A DNA stretch of 64,000 bases from a virus. The notes below the pieces were generated by a model, which saw only the letters and a list, made by a program, of their open reading frames with translations, ran no database searches and was not told the origin of the DNA. The position numbers were made by a program, and so were the translations under genes. Below, in pieces: positions 1 to 10,287 of this stretch (its first letter is position 1; each line of letters starts with the position of its first letter). The stretch spans positions 15,725-79,724 of the IMG/VR virus record IMGVR_UViG_3300032313_001582; one strand, 5' to 3'.

Positions 1-1
1 G

Positions 2-442
2 AATTTATTGTGCCGTACCATTTTTGGGTTTGGTTACACCCACATTGCAATTTTGAATGACGACATTTTCTGGAACAAGGAAGCAGATGACATCGAACAC
101 TATATTGAACAAAATCCAGCAGATTTTTATGTAGGAATGGGTCAATGGTGTTGCTTTGTTTTGCCTTACGATACTTACGCAAAAGTTGGGTTGTTTGATG
201 ATAAATTCATCAATGCATATTTCGAAGACAATGACTACGAATACCGAATGAAATTGTTAGGATTGAGCGTTCACAGGTCAGAATTTTTTAATCCAGATGA
301 GTATAAACAGAGCCAGTCAATTCGTAAAGAACCAGCCTTAAATAACAATTTCGAGAACAACAAAAACCGATATATTGAAAAATGGGGAGGCTTGCCAAGA
401 GAAGAAAAATTTCAAAATCCCTTCAATAAAGTGTTGGTCTAA
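2..442 (+). CDS. Glycosyltransferase family 2 (5'-partial)
   Basis: ILNDD (DxD-like), VGLFDDKF and YFEDNDY motifs of GT2; frame open from the window start. Confidence 0.8.
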   Translation, partial: NLLCRTIFGFGYTHIAILNDDIFWNKEADDIEHYIEQNPADFYVGMGQWCCFVLPYDTYAKVGLFDDKFINAYFEDNDYEYRMKLLGLSVHRSEFFNPDEYKQSQSIRKEPALNNNFENNKNRYIEKWGGLPREEKFQNPFNKVLV

Positions 443-663
443 TGAAAAAATTTTGGAAAAACGTGTTTCAAGCCTTGGTGATATTGGGTGCTTTGCCCAT
501 GCTTATGTTTGTTTACGCGATTTTTCTAAAAATTCAAAGTGAAGATGGAGTAGACTATCCAAATAGAGAAACTGAAAATTATTTCCACAACGTAATTGTA
601 AAAAAATGCATAATTGTATACTATGTGCTAATCGCCATTTGTCTGATTTGGAAAAGCCTTTGA
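442..663 (+). CDS. Small membrane protein (2 TM)
   Basis: 73 aa with two hydrophobic segments; TAATG coupling to the upstream gene. Confidence 0.6.
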   Translation: MKKFWKNVFQALVILGALPMLMFVYAIFLKIQSEDGVDYPNRETENYFHNVIVKKCIIVYYVLIAICLIWKSL

Positions 664-671
664 ATCCTGTG

Positions 672-932
672 ATGAGAAACCCCAAAATATATATCATCAG
701 TGTTTACCGAAAAAAATCGATTTTACAACTGCGTGAGCCCATGGAATTTATTAGTTATGTGGATGTTGATTCTGTTCTATATCAAGCGAACCTCGATGTC
801 ATGGAAGCCCAAAAATTCACTTTGGAAGAAGCATCTTATGTTGTAACTGCATTAAGTAAGATGTTACCTGAATTTTTTATGATAAATTTGAATCCCAGTT
901 ATCATGTACAAAAAGAATTCGGAAAAGTATAA
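672..932 (+). CDS. Hypothetical protein
   Basis: Fills the gap between coupled genes; start probably MRNPK rather than 606. Confidence 0.45.
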   Translation: MRNPKIYIISVYRKKSILQLREPMEFISYVDVDSVLYQANLDVMEAQKFTLEEASYVVTALSKMLPEFFMINLNPSYHVQKEFGKV

Positions 933-1551
933 GTTGTATTTCTTGCTGATTGTAATCGGTGTTTTGTTTTTTTTGTTGTGGCTTAAAAACAATACAATCG
1001 ATTCGCTGAGAACCATAAATACAGAAATAACTCATGAAGTTACCATGGATGGAAAATACATGGCTACGCAAAGGCAAAACATCATGAATTTAGAAGAAGC
1101 AATAAAATCTGGGTTACTGGAAAAAGAGCGTTATATGAAAAACGTGAAAAGCCAAACCAAGATTGAAACTACAACGATTATCAAAGAAAAATTAATCACT
1201 TTTCACGACACGGTTGAAGTGATTTTTGACACTTTAGATATGCGGTACTGGGTAAAAACACCAGCACCAATTAGATACCAAGATTCGTTTAATTTATTGG
1301 CTGGTAAATTCACAAAAGATGGGTTTGTTTTGGATACTTTGGAAACAAAAAATGAGTTCAGAGTTTCCATATTTGACAAGAAGCAGGGCTTTCTTAAAAA
1401 GTCTGTTCCCGTAGTTGAAATCAAATCTAACAACCCCAATACCAAAACAACGAATATTAAAAATGTTACCATAGAAAAGAAAACTCCATTTTTTACAAAA
1501 TGGTGGTTTGTAGGTTCTGTGGGGATGTTGATTGGTTATTTGGTTCTTTAA
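904..1551 (+). CDS. Membrane-anchored coiled-coil protein, possibly spanin-like
   Basis: N-terminal TM, helical region, C-terminal KWWF + hydrophobic tail. Confidence 0.45.
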   Translation: MYKKNSEKYKLYFLLIVIGVLFFLLWLKNNTIDSLRTINTEITHEVTMDGKYMATQRQNIMNLEEAIKSGLLEKERYMKNVKSQTKIETTTIIKEKLITFHDTVEVIFDTLDMRYWVKTPAPIRYQDSFNLLAGKFTKDGFVLDTLETKNEFRVSIFDKKQGFLKKSVPVVEIKSNNPNTKTTNIKNVTIEKKTPFFTKWWFVGSVGMLIGYLVL

Positions 1552-1568
1552 AAATGTAAATTAAAATA

Positions 1569-2228
1569 ATGACTGCTACATATTCACAAATCAGCCAGTA
1601 TGTTTACTCTACTGCTGAAACGCAAAGACAATCTTATGATGTTGGTGATTACTTGAGAAACAACTCTATCGAAGGCGATGTAGTTGAACTTGGAGTCGCC
1701 GCAGGTGGAAATTTCGCAACTATGCTTCTTGGATGCCGAGAGGCTGGTTTGAACAAAAAAGGCTGGGGTTTTGATAGTTTTCAAGGAATCCAACTTGCTG
1801 GTAAAAAAGATACCAGCCAGCCTGGGATTGGTGATATTACCCATGATGTAAATGTTCCAGACGAAGAACTTCTTGTTTCAAGTGGAATTACGGTGCATCC
1901 AAAACAAAATGTAATCGATAATCTGACAAATTGGGGATTATATAACAATGTAGAGTTGGTTGAAGGATGGGTTCAACACACCTTACCAGAATACGTTAAC
2001 AAAATTGATAAAATTGCCGTTTTGCGATTGGATATGGACATTTATTACCCCACCAAAATTGCCTTAGAGTTTTTGTTTGATAAGGTAGTGGATGGTGGCA
2101 TCGTAATCATTGATGATTGGGCTTTGGATGGTGCAAGATTAGCATGTGAAGAGTATTTTGAAAGTATCAATTATCAGCCCAAGTATATTGGAGTTCCTAA
2201 TTCGACACCAGTTTATTTCTACAAATGA
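1569..2228 (+). CDS. TylF/MycF-family O-methyltransferase
   Basis: GDVVELGV, FDSFQG, EGWVQHTLP, LRLDMDIY, GGIVIIDDW motifs. Confidence 0.88.
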   Translation: MTATYSQISQYVYSTAETQRQSYDVGDYLRNNSIEGDVVELGVAAGGNFATMLLGCREAGLNKKGWGFDSFQGIQLAGKKDTSQPGIGDITHDVNVPDEELLVSSGITVHPKQNVIDNLTNWGLYNNVELVEGWVQHTLPEYVNKIDKIAVLRLDMDIYYPTKIALEFLFDKVVDGGIVIIDDWALDGARLACEEYFESINYQPKYIGVPNSTPVYFYK

Positions 2229-2935
2229 AATTCACTATAATTCACCCCAGCAGGAATCGTCCGAGCATGGCTATGGATACCATTTTAAAATGGACTCAAA
2301 GAGCCAGCAAAGATGCAGATTACGAGTATTTGATTTCATTAGATGATGACGACCCTAAATACAATTTATACCATGACTGGTTATACAAAATTGAAGGCGG
2401 TAAAATAAAGGTTCATGTTAATCAAAATAAGAGTGCTATTGAAGCAATCAACAATGTTGCATATTTTGGTAGGGGTGAAGTATTTATTGTTGTTTCAGAC
2501 GATTTTGAGTGTCCTTTTGAGTGGGACAAATTGTTATCAGCGAATCTTTTTGATAAGACGGATTATGTTGCTAAGGTAAACGATGGAACGCCTTCATGGA
2601 TAGTGACTTTGCCTATTGTTCATAAAGATTTTTACAATCGTTTTGGATACATTTATAATCCAGAATACAAGCACATGTTTTGCGATACGGAAATGACTTG
2701 TGTTGCAGGTTTGTTAGGTAAGTTGGTGTACTTAGACCATCTTGGGTTTGTGTTTAATCACAGGCACTATACAACTGAAAATGGTATGCAGAAAGATGAA
2801 CAAAATGAGAAAAATGATAGCACTTGGGAACATGGAGAAAAAGTGTTCCGCAGAAGGGTAACAGAAAACTTTGGATTAAAAGACGAAGAAGTAGTTTCAA
2901 AGAAAATTCTTGAAAAACTGGCTCACTGGTTATGA
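2225..2935 (+). CDS. GT-A fold glycosyltransferase (GT2-like)
   Basis: IIHPSRNRP, SLDDDD, VVSDDF, HMFCDTE. Confidence 0.75.
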   Translation: MKFTIIHPSRNRPSMAMDTILKWTQRASKDADYEYLISLDDDDPKYNLYHDWLYKIEGGKIKVHVNQNKSAIEAINNVAYFGRGEVFIVVSDDFECPFEWDKLLSANLFDKTDYVAKVNDGTPSWIVTLPIVHKDFYNRFGYIYNPEYKHMFCDTEMTCVAGLLGKLVYLDHLGFVFNHRHYTTENGMQKDEQNEKNDSTWEHGEKVFRRRVTENFGLKDEEVVSKKILEKLAHWL

Positions 2936-3483
2936 AATTGAGTATTCTTATTTGCACGATGCCATCTCGTTCAGAGATGCTGAAAAAACTGACCCAACAA
3001 CTCATGTTGTTATTGGTAAAGTATGATGAATCACAATGGGAAGTATTAATTCAACCAGATGAGAATATAAATGTAGGTCGTAAAAGAAATATTCTCCTTC
3101 AGAAAGCATCAGGTGATTTTGTGGTTTTCATAGATGATGATGATGAAATTCATGATAACTACATTGACGCTTTCATGAATGCTATTGAATCTAATCCAAA
3201 TGCAGATTGCATAGGGTACAGAGGTTATATCACCTTTGATGGGACATCGAGAAAAGATTGGGTAATTTCGATAACATGTAAAACTTGGCACGAAGAGAAC
3301 GGGGTTTATTACAGAACTCCTAATCACATTTCGCCAGTAAAAAGAAGCATCGCTATGCAAGTTATGTTCCCACAAATTGAGTTTGGTGAAGACTACGAGT
3401 ATTCTATGGGCATTTTACCTTTATTGAAAGAAGAAGTGTTTATTGATGAGCAGTTGTACCATTATAAATTTATGGCAAAATGA
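2932..3483 (+). CDS. Glycosyltransferase family 2
   Basis: LSILICT, GRKRN, VFIDDDD, GEDY. Confidence 0.85.
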   Translation: MKLSILICTMPSRSEMLKKLTQQLMLLLVKYDESQWEVLIQPDENINVGRKRNILLQKASGDFVVFIDDDDEIHDNYIDAFMNAIESNPNADCIGYRGYITFDGTSRKDWVISITCKTWHEENGVYYRTPNHISPVKRSIAMQVMFPQIEFGEDYEYSMGILPLLKEEVFIDEQLYHYKFMAK

Positions 3484-4787
3484 CCCAGTTAAGCATTTTA
3501 ATACCATCCATCCCTTCTCGATTTGGCAGAGCAAAAGCATTGTATGAAAAATTACTCACAATGGTTGGTGATAGGGACATTGAAATTTTAATGCTTACCG
3601 ATAACAAGAAGAGGACTATTGGTGAAAAAAGAGAAGCCTTAAAAAATGCATCCAACGGCAAGTATTTCATGTTTGTGGACGATGATGACGACTTGTTGGA
3701 ATTGAATGATTTATACGAGGCTACTTTTGAAGACGTAGATGTAATCACATTCAAGCAATTGTGTTTGAACGAAGATAAAACCACTTTTACAATCACTTTT
3801 GGATTGGGTAATGAAGTTGAACACAAAAATATAAGGGGTAGGTATCTTGATTGCAAAAGACCGCCTTTTCATATTTGTGCGTGGAGCGAAAGATTCCGCG
3901 ACTACGAATATCCACCAGTCAATTATGCCGAAGACTGGGGATGGTTACAACAGGTTTTGCCTTTAGCAAAAACAGAAAAGCACATACCAAAAATTGTACA
4001 TTCCTATAACTTTGACCCCAAGGTTACAGAAGCGTCTACCGAATCAAATATTGTTTGGCAAAATCCAAATACGAATTCTCAAATAGCACTACCCCAAAGA
4101 AATAAAAAATACAAAATGGTTACAAAGACTGGAAAAACCAGAGCAATAGTCAATCTGGTAAATAATAACGCAAACTACATTGATTGTCAAAAAAGGCTTG
4201 AGCAGAGTGCTTTAAATAACGAAGATAAATCGTTCGATTTTTTCTGTTTTCAAAATGAAAGTCAAGTACAAGCACCACCGCATCATGACAACCCCTATGC
4301 GTTCAAAATTTACGCGATAGAAAAGATGCGTGAGATGGGATACAAGCAGATTGTTTGGTTAGATGCGAGTATTGTATTGGTAGATGATTTTTCTCCCATC
4401 TGGGAATGGATTTTTCAAAAGGGATTCTTTTTTGAAGAAGCAGGACACTATGCTGGTTCATGGTGTAACGAATCTACCCTCAGTTATTTTGGTTTGACGA
4501 GAGAAAAGGCGATGACAATGCCGATGTTCGCGGCTGGCTATTGTGGTTTTGATTTTACTCACGGGCTTGCTCAGGAATTTTTTGCTGAGTGGAAGGAAAG
4601 TATGCTTAATGGTTGTTTCAAAGGCTCATGGTCAGACCACAGACATGACATGACATGTGCATCTATCATTGCTAATAAGCACGATATGGTGAAAGATTAT
4701 TCTTCTGGTGGTCAGTACTTCGCCTACATTGGAGAAGTCTATGGAACTCCTTTACCCACGGTTGTAGGTCATTTAATTGGCAGATAA
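3480..4787 (+). CDS. GT2 fused to a second GT-A-like domain
   Basis: N-domain LSILIPS/GEKR/FVDDDD/AEDW; C-domain YAFK, WLDAS, HRHD. Confidence 0.75.
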   Translation: MTQLSILIPSIPSRFGRAKALYEKLLTMVGDRDIEILMLTDNKKRTIGEKREALKNASNGKYFMFVDDDDDLLELNDLYEATFEDVDVITFKQLCLNEDKTTFTITFGLGNEVEHKNIRGRYLDCKRPPFHICAWSERFRDYEYPPVNYAEDWGWLQQVLPLAKTEKHIPKIVHSYNFDPKVTEASTESNIVWQNPNTNSQIALPQRNKKYKMVTKTGKTRAIVNLVNNNANYIDCQKRLEQSALNNEDKSFDFFCFQNESQVQAPPHHDNPYAFKIYAIEKMREMGYKQIVWLDASIVLVDDFSPIWEWIFQKGFFFEEAGHYAGSWCNESTLSYFGLTREKAMTMPMFAAGYCGFDFTHGLAQEFFAEWKESMLNGCFKGSWSDHRHDMTCASIIANKHDMVKDYSSGGQYFAYIGEVYGTPLPTVVGHLIGR

Positions 4788-5386
4788 TGGCAAACGAAGA
4801 ATTGTTTGATATTAATTTGTATAACGATGAGTTTTTCGAATGGCACTTGAAATACGCCAGAGAATATTCAATCGTAACTATGGACTGGCTTTTAAAGTTT
4901 ATACCATTTAAGTCGGTTGTTGATTTTGGTTGTGGAATCGGTAGTTATCTGGAATCTGCTCACGATAAAAATGTAAAAATCAAAGGATATGACATTGGTG
5001 GAGATTTTGCAAAGAAGTACACGCCTGAACACATTCAGCCTTTCATTGAATATTTGGATTGTACCAAGCCCATGGTTACTGAAAAATACGATTGTGTTAT
5101 TTCATTCGAAACGGCAGAACACATTGAACCATTAGGAACAGACCAGTTCTGTGATAATTTGGTCAATGCGTTAGGCGAACACGGATATTTGTTTTTCACT
5201 GGCGCTCCCGAAGGTCAGGATGGTTGTGGTCACATAAATTGTCAAAGTAAAGCATTTTGGATGCTGAAATTTACAGAAAGGAATTTGGAATTTGATGCGG
5301 TTATTACGGCAGTGGTGTTCCAAGAATGGAAAAAACTTGGCGCTCCCAATTATATATGTGAAAACTTGTTAGTTTTTAAAAGATGA
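4787..5386 (+). CDS. Class I SAM-dependent methyltransferase
   Basis: VVDFGCGIG, FETAEHI, GHIN. Confidence 0.85.
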   Translation: MANEELFDINLYNDEFFEWHLKYAREYSIVTMDWLLKFIPFKSVVDFGCGIGSYLESAHDKNVKIKGYDIGGDFAKKYTPEHIQPFIEYLDCTKPMVTEKYDCVISFETAEHIEPLGTDQFCDNLVNALGEHGYLFFTGAPEGQDGCGHINCQSKAFWMLKFTERNLEFDAVITAVVFQEWKKLGAPNYICENLLVFKR

Positions 5387-5946
5387 TACAGACATATAAA
5401 GATATACAGGGTTGGTTTGATTACGCTAACATTTATGACAAACAAGTGGATTTGTTAAAAAATGGTAGCACGATAGTTGAAGTTGGTTGCTGGCTTGGGA
5501 AGTCGAGTTGTTACTTAGCAGAAAAAATCAAGGAATCGGGCAAAAAAATCAATTTGTTCTGTGTGGATATTTGGGAATATACCGATGATGACCCGTACTA
5601 TTTATCTTTTAGGGAAACCCATCCAGATTTGCTCAAAGCATTTCGGTCAAATGTAAATGCTTTAGGTTTTTCAAAAATAATAAAAGCGGTTCAAGGAGAA
5701 TCTGCCATGGTGAGTCAAACTTTTCATGACGAATCAATAGATTTTATTTTTCTCGATGGCAATCATCATAGTCCTTTCATTGATGATGATTTGAAATTGT
5801 GGTATCCAAAGTTGAAATATGGAGGTTGCATCGCTGGTCACGATTATATTGATGCACCCGATGTACGGAACGCGGTTAATAAATTCTTCAATAAGAAAGT
5901 CAGAGTTGATGGTTCTTGTTGGATTTACTATAAGATGGCAAAATGA
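5383..5946 (+). CDS. SAM-dependent methyltransferase (Methyltransf_24-like)
   Basis: VEVGCWLGKS, FIFLDGNH, GGCIAGHDY. Confidence 0.85.
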   Translation: MIQTYKDIQGWFDYANIYDKQVDLLKNGSTIVEVGCWLGKSSCYLAEKIKESGKKINLFCVDIWEYTDDDPYYLSFRETHPDLLKAFRSNVNALGFSKIIKAVQGESAMVSQTFHDESIDFIFLDGNHHSPFIDDDLKLWYPKLKYGGCIAGHDYIDAPDVRNAVNKFFNKKVRVDGSCWIYYKMAK

Positions 5947-6137
5947 TAATTTTTGAACCACAAAACAGGGTAGAAGTAACCACACCAAAAGGTGATGGAT
6001 TTATTTGGTTAGTTACCGAATTTGGTACTGAAACGGATACAATCTACACTATCATAATAAAAGAATCTGGAGAGATGTGGCAGATGACACACAAGGATAT
6101 AAAAGTAAAACCGAATTGGACATTTAATCATAAATAA
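5943..6137 (+). CDS. Small hypothetical protein
   Basis: 64 aa, coupled to neighbours. Confidence 0.6.
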   Translation: MIIFEPQNRVEVTTPKGDGFIWLVTEFGTETDTIYTIIIKESGEMWQMTHKDIKVKPNWTFNHK

Positions 6138-6138
6138 C

Positions 6139-6771
6139 ATGTATACACAAAATGATGAAGAATCAGTAATCAGAGGATACTTTGGTTATCAAGACCCGAA
6201 ATCCTTATTCCTATTAGATATTGGTGCTAATGACGGACAAACTTTCAGTAATTCCAGACAATGTATTTTGGATGGTTTTAATGCAGTTTTGGTAGAGCCA
6301 AGCCCAAAAGCATTTGATAAATTGAAGAAATTGTATGCTCGTAATCCTAAAGTTAAATTGAAGAAATTGGCTATCTCTCAGACCTCTGGAGAAGTTGTTT
6401 TTCATGAATCGGGTTCGTGGAATGAAGATGAAAGCGATGTAGCATTATTGTCTTCGTTAAAAGAATCTGAATTAAAGCGTTGGGGGGATAGGGTGTCGTT
6501 TACGGAAACGAAAGTTCAATCGTTGACTTTCCAAGATTTTTTAAAAAATGAAAACCTTGAAAACATAAAGTTTGACTTCATTTCTATTGATGCTGAAGGA
6601 GTTGATTGGGAAATTCTGGAGCAAATAGATTTGACCAAAATTGGTTGTCAGTGTTTGTGTGTTGAATGGAATGGTATCATAGACCTATACACCAAAATGA
6701 CAAAATATTGTGAAGGTTATGGTATGAAACTCATCTCCAAGAACCCAGAAAACTTGATTTTTATACGATAA
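6139..6771 (+). CDS. FkbM-family methyltransferase
   Basis: LDIGANDG, LVEP, FISIDAEG. Confidence 0.88.
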   Translation: MYTQNDEESVIRGYFGYQDPKSLFLLDIGANDGQTFSNSRQCILDGFNAVLVEPSPKAFDKLKKLYARNPKVKLKKLAISQTSGEVVFHESGSWNEDESDVALLSSLKESELKRWGDRVSFTETKVQSLTFQDFLKNENLENIKFDFISIDAEGVDWEILEQIDLTKIGCQCLCVEWNGIIDLYTKMTKYCEGYGMKLISKNPENLIFIR

Positions 6772-6791
6772 TATACGAATTAATACGAATT

Positions 6792-7421
6792 ATGTACGCA
6801 GACTGGTTATTAGAAGAAAGACTTAATGAATACTTTTCAGGTGAAAACCCTAAGTTCTTGACTGCTTTGGACATCGGGGCGAATGATGGTGTTTATTTGT
6901 CAAACACCAGACAGGTTATTCTGGATGGATGGAATGCAGTTTTGGTTGACCCAGCAGAAAGTGCTTTTAAAAGATTGAAAGCATTGTATCACAATCACCC
7001 TAAAGTTCTATTGTGCAATGTAGGTATTGGTAGTGAATCAAAGAAAGAAACATTTTATGAGAGTGGCAGTTACCAGCAAGATACCGAAGACACCGCATTA
7101 TTTTCAAGTATAAGCGAATCAGAAATTCAAAGATTTCCTAATGTTCCTTTTGAAAAGAAAGAAATTGAAATCATGTCTTGGAGTGATTTTTTAAGTTTTT
7201 ACGGGCTCAAATACTCCAAGTTTGATTTTATCAGTATAGATGCTGAAGGCTTAGACTGGGAAATACTTCGTCAAATTAACTTGAGTTATTACAGATGTCG
7301 TTTTTTGTGCATCGAATGGAATAGAAGACCAGAAGATGAAGTCAGATTTACCAATCATGCCAAATTGTTTGGAATGAAATTATTAGAGAAAAACAATGAC
7401 AACTTGGTTTTTGTAAAATGA
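6792..7421 (+). CDS. FkbM-family methyltransferase (tandem paralog)
   Basis: LDIGANDG, FISIDAEG; collinear with the upstream gene. Confidence 0.88.
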   Translation: MYADWLLEERLNEYFSGENPKFLTALDIGANDGVYLSNTRQVILDGWNAVLVDPAESAFKRLKALYHNHPKVLLCNVGIGSESKKETFYESGSYQQDTEDTALFSSISESEIQRFPNVPFEKKEIEIMSWSDFLSFYGLKYSKFDFISIDAEGLDWEILRQINLSYYRCRFLCIEWNRRPEDEVRFTNHAKLFGMKLLEKNNDNLVFVK

Positions 7422-8185
7422 TAAGCGTAGTCATTTCATATTGCTCAAACGACAAACCTTTTATTCAGCCTTTGCTGAATGAGTGTAAGAAGTTTTCAAA
7501 CGATATTATCATTGTATCTACCAACCATTTTTTGGATGGCAGATACGATGAAGAATTGCAGGATTTAACGCAGGAAGATGTGAAACATATTATTTATCCA
7601 TGGGAAGTAGATAAAAATCCAAAGTTCTGGCATAATCACAATCGTTTTCTTGGATTACAACAGGCTCAAAAAAGTCATGTGCTTTTTTTAGATGCCGATG
7701 AAATACCAGATGGAAAAATTATGCTTGATTTTTTAAATAGTGGTCTACATCTTTCCATGCCAATAATCAGTTTTGAATGCTATTGGTATTTTAGAGAAGC
7801 AACATTCAGAGCATTAACTACTGAGAGATGTGGCGTTTTGTATAATCGAGGTTATCTAACTGAGGAATTAATTTATCATCCCATGGAAAGATGGTCTTAT
7901 GAAATGACTCAGACACCGCGATTGGACAAATACACATTCAGAAATGAAATCATAATGCACCATTTTTCATGGGTTCGTACAAAAGAGCAAATGTTAAAAA
8001 AAGTAAAGTCATGGGCACACCAAGGTGATAAACAATGGGTATCTTTGATTGAAGAAGAATTCAAGTATTCTTTCAAAGGTCGTGACTTTGTTCACAACTA
8101 TAAATTTATTGATGTAGAAAACATATTTAAAATTGACATATATGGAAGACAAGAAACCACAGACACCAGTTCAATATGTACATAA
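7418..8185 (+). CDS. Glycosyltransferase family 2-like
   Basis: ISVVISY, LFLDADE, HHFSWVR. Confidence 0.75.
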   Translation: MISVVISYCSNDKPFIQPLLNECKKFSNDIIIVSTNHFLDGRYDEELQDLTQEDVKHIIYPWEVDKNPKFWHNHNRFLGLQQAQKSHVLFLDADEIPDGKIMLDFLNSGLHLSMPIISFECYWYFREATFRALTTERCGVLYNRGYLTEELIYHPMERWSYEMTQTPRLDKYTFRNEIIMHHFSWVRTKEQMLKKVKSWAHQGDKQWVSLIEEEFKYSFKGRDFVHNYKFIDVENIFKIDIYGRQETTDTSSICT

Positions 8186-8468
8186 GTACGAACTGGCAGA
8201 GTATCCTTTACTAAAAGGCACAAAACAACTCATGAAGGATGGAAATCCTTGCAAATGCCACAGAGCAAATGTGCAAATGATTCCAAACATGGCAAATCAA
8301 TTAGTGCCCGTTTACGAACATTGTACCACTCATTGTAGCCGTGCAATTCTTGGAGTTGAAGGAGAACAATTAGTGTTTGTTCAAAATTGTGAAGTAATCG
8401 CTCAAAAATTCAAAATCGAAAATGCCCAAGCAAAACCAAATCAGTCCAAACTTGAGGTCATCAGGTAA
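8142..8468 (+). CDS. Hypothetical Cys-containing protein
   Basis: CKCH and CTTHC motifs; start MEDKK. Confidence 0.5.
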   Translation: MEDKKPQTPVQYVHKYELAEYPLLKGTKQLMKDGNPCKCHRANVQMIPNMANQLVPVYEHCTTHCSRAILGVEGEQLVFVQNCEVIAQKFKIENAQAKPNQSKLEVIR

Positions 8469-9708
8469 AAGGATTTTGGCTTACATGGACTGGAACTCAC
8501 CTACGGGTTTTGGGAATGTATCAAAAAACATTATTGATAGAATTACCCAGTTTTGTTTAGACAACAAAGTTAAAATAGACATTTGTGCCATAAACTATCG
8601 AGGAGAATCGAACGTTCAGGTTAACGAATGCGTTAAAATTTTTAACTCAAAGGATTACGCGAAAGACCAGAAAGACCCATACTTGAATCGTACAGGTTTT
8701 TTAACTCTTTTGTCGCTAAGACCTTATGACATCGTTTGGATGATGTATGATATAAATGTCATCACTCCTTTGATGCCCATGATTAAGCAACTGAAGGAAA
8801 GACAGAAGAGCGTAACTAAAAAAGGCTTCAAGACTATCGTTTACACACCGATTGATAGCCCCCCAGATTTAAGTTGGTTTGAGGGAATGAATCAATTAGA
8901 TGAATTGATTACTTATACTAATTATGGATTAGAAGAAATTGAGAAGGTATTCAAATTCAAAAAGAAGATTCAGATTATACCACATGGATTAGATACGGAA
9001 ACCTATAAGCAAGTTCCAAAAACTGGATTGAGAAAGAAGTATGGTATTCCAGAGGATGCTTTTGTTTTTGGAACTGTAAATAAGAATCAACCAAGAAAAG
9101 ACATCGGTTGTACATTGATTTCTTTTGCCAAGTTAAAGAAGACGCTTGATTCTTTACCAGATACCTATAAAAACGGGAATAAGGTTGTTCTGTACTTACA
9201 TACTTATCACAACGACCCAACAGGAATAAATATCCATCAAGTTGCCAGTCGGTTGGGATTAAAGTTCAATGAGGATTATTTTTTACCCATAGAACCCAAG
9301 TATAGCAATGCCGAGTTTACACCAGCAGAAATGAATGAGGTTTATAATTGTCTGGATGTTTTCGTTTCTACGAGTTCTGCTGAGGGTTGGGGTTTGACTA
9401 TTACGGAAGCCATGTCTGTTGGATTGCCAATAGTTTGTGGAAACCATACGAGTATTAAAGAAATAACAAGGAATGGAAAAGATGTATTCTCAATTTTTGG
9501 GCAACATGAGCATGTTCAGATTCATGACGGTAACGCAATCAGGTATTGTTTGGACTCAAACCAAGTTTCTCATCAATTATGGCTACTTTTTATCGAGTAC
9601 CTCGAAAAAAAAGAACTTGAGTATCACGATTACGACTATCAGAAAAACAAGTATAACTGGGACAACATAGCGTTGACTTGGACACAAGTTTTAAACAAGC
9701 ACTTGTAA
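8422..9708 (+). CDS. Glycosyltransferase family 4 (GT-B)
   Basis: PTGFGNV, IPHGLD, NQPRK, EGWGLTITEAM. Confidence 0.9.
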   Translation: MPKQNQISPNLRSSGKRILAYMDWNSPTGFGNVSKNIIDRITQFCLDNKVKIDICAINYRGESNVQVNECVKIFNSKDYAKDQKDPYLNRTGFLTLLSLRPYDIVWMMYDINVITPLMPMIKQLKERQKSVTKKGFKTIVYTPIDSPPDLSWFEGMNQLDELITYTNYGLEEIEKVFKFKKKIQIIPHGLDTETYKQVPKTGLRKKYGIPEDAFVFGTVNKNQPRKDIGCTLISFAKLKKTLDSLPDTYKNGNKVVLYLHTYHNDPTGINIHQVASRLGLKFNEDYFLPIEPKYSNAEFTPAEMNEVYNCLDVFVSTSSAEGWGLTITEAMSVGLPIVCGNHTSIKEITRNGKDVFSIFGQHEHVQIHDGNAIRYCLDSNQVSHQLWLLFIEYLEKKELEYHDYDYQKNKYNWDNIALTWTQVLNKHL

Positions 9709-9725
9709 ATTTGAGATTCGGTTGT

Positions 9726-9733
9726 TATTTTTG
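9726..9733 (+). promoter_or_regulatory. Bacteroidota-type -7 promoter element (TATTTTTG)
   Basis: TAnnTTTG match in the intergenic gap just upstream of ATG 9748. Confidence 0.45.
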
Positions 9734-9747
9734 AAAATAACAATATC

Positions 9748-10008
9748 ATGGCTACAAAAGATAACTTGATTAAGACTCATTTGATGGAACACAAGGTGAT
9801 TACATCTTGGGAGGCAATCGAAAATTATGGTGCAACTCGTTTAGCGGCGATTATATTTAATCTCCGAAAAGAAGGCTTTCTAATTGATTCCTATGATTAC
9901 AAAGACCACGATAGACATGGAAATATTTGCATATATTCGAGGTACATTCTGTTGGCAACACCAGAAAAATACGAACAATTACAAAAACTTCAACTAAAAC
10001 TATTCTAA
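9748..10008 (+). CDS. Winged HTH DNA-binding protein (HTH_39-like)
   Basis: ITSWEAI..YGATRLAAIIFNLRKEG pattern. Confidence 0.7.
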   Translation: MATKDNLIKTHLMEHKVITSWEAIENYGATRLAAIIFNLRKEGFLIDSYDYKDHDRHGNICIYSRYILLATPEKYEQLQKLQLKLF

Positions 10009-10009
10009 A

Positions 10010-10210
10010 ATGGCAAACCTAATCGAATGGAAAGACTATGTGGTTATATACCATCTGGGCAAACATGACAGAGAATCTTTTCGGTCATGGTTAAAAAACA
10101 ACAACCGAACACAACCTGTCTGTTCTTGGGAAAACGAAAACGCGAATGATTGTGCTTATTTGCAAGACTATCGAGATTTTTTGGCATGGAGAAGATTACA
10201 AACCCCTTAA
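10010..10210 (+). CDS. Hypothetical protein
   Basis: 66 aa ORF following the HTH gene. Confidence 0.5.
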   Translation: MANLIEWKDYVVIYHLGKHDRESFRSWLKNNNRTQPVCSWENENANDCAYLQDYRDFLAWRRLQTP

Positions 10211-10243
10211 AAAAGAAAGGGTGGAACATTCCGCCCCACCGCT
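10209..10243 (-). terminator. Intrinsic terminator for the minus-strand peptide gene
   Basis: On the minus strand, GGTGGGGC-ggaat-GTTCCACC hairpin followed by CTTTCTTTTTT. Confidence 0.6.
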
Positions 10244-10287
10244 TACTTCAAGCCGAGATACCACAGAGTACCCGTAACAAGTGCTAA

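Noticed and set aside
2-9708. Bacterial O-antigen/capsule locus
   Set aside because: No wzx/wzy/ABC export or nucleotide-sugar genes; interleaved with phage-type small ORFs and continuous with viral modules
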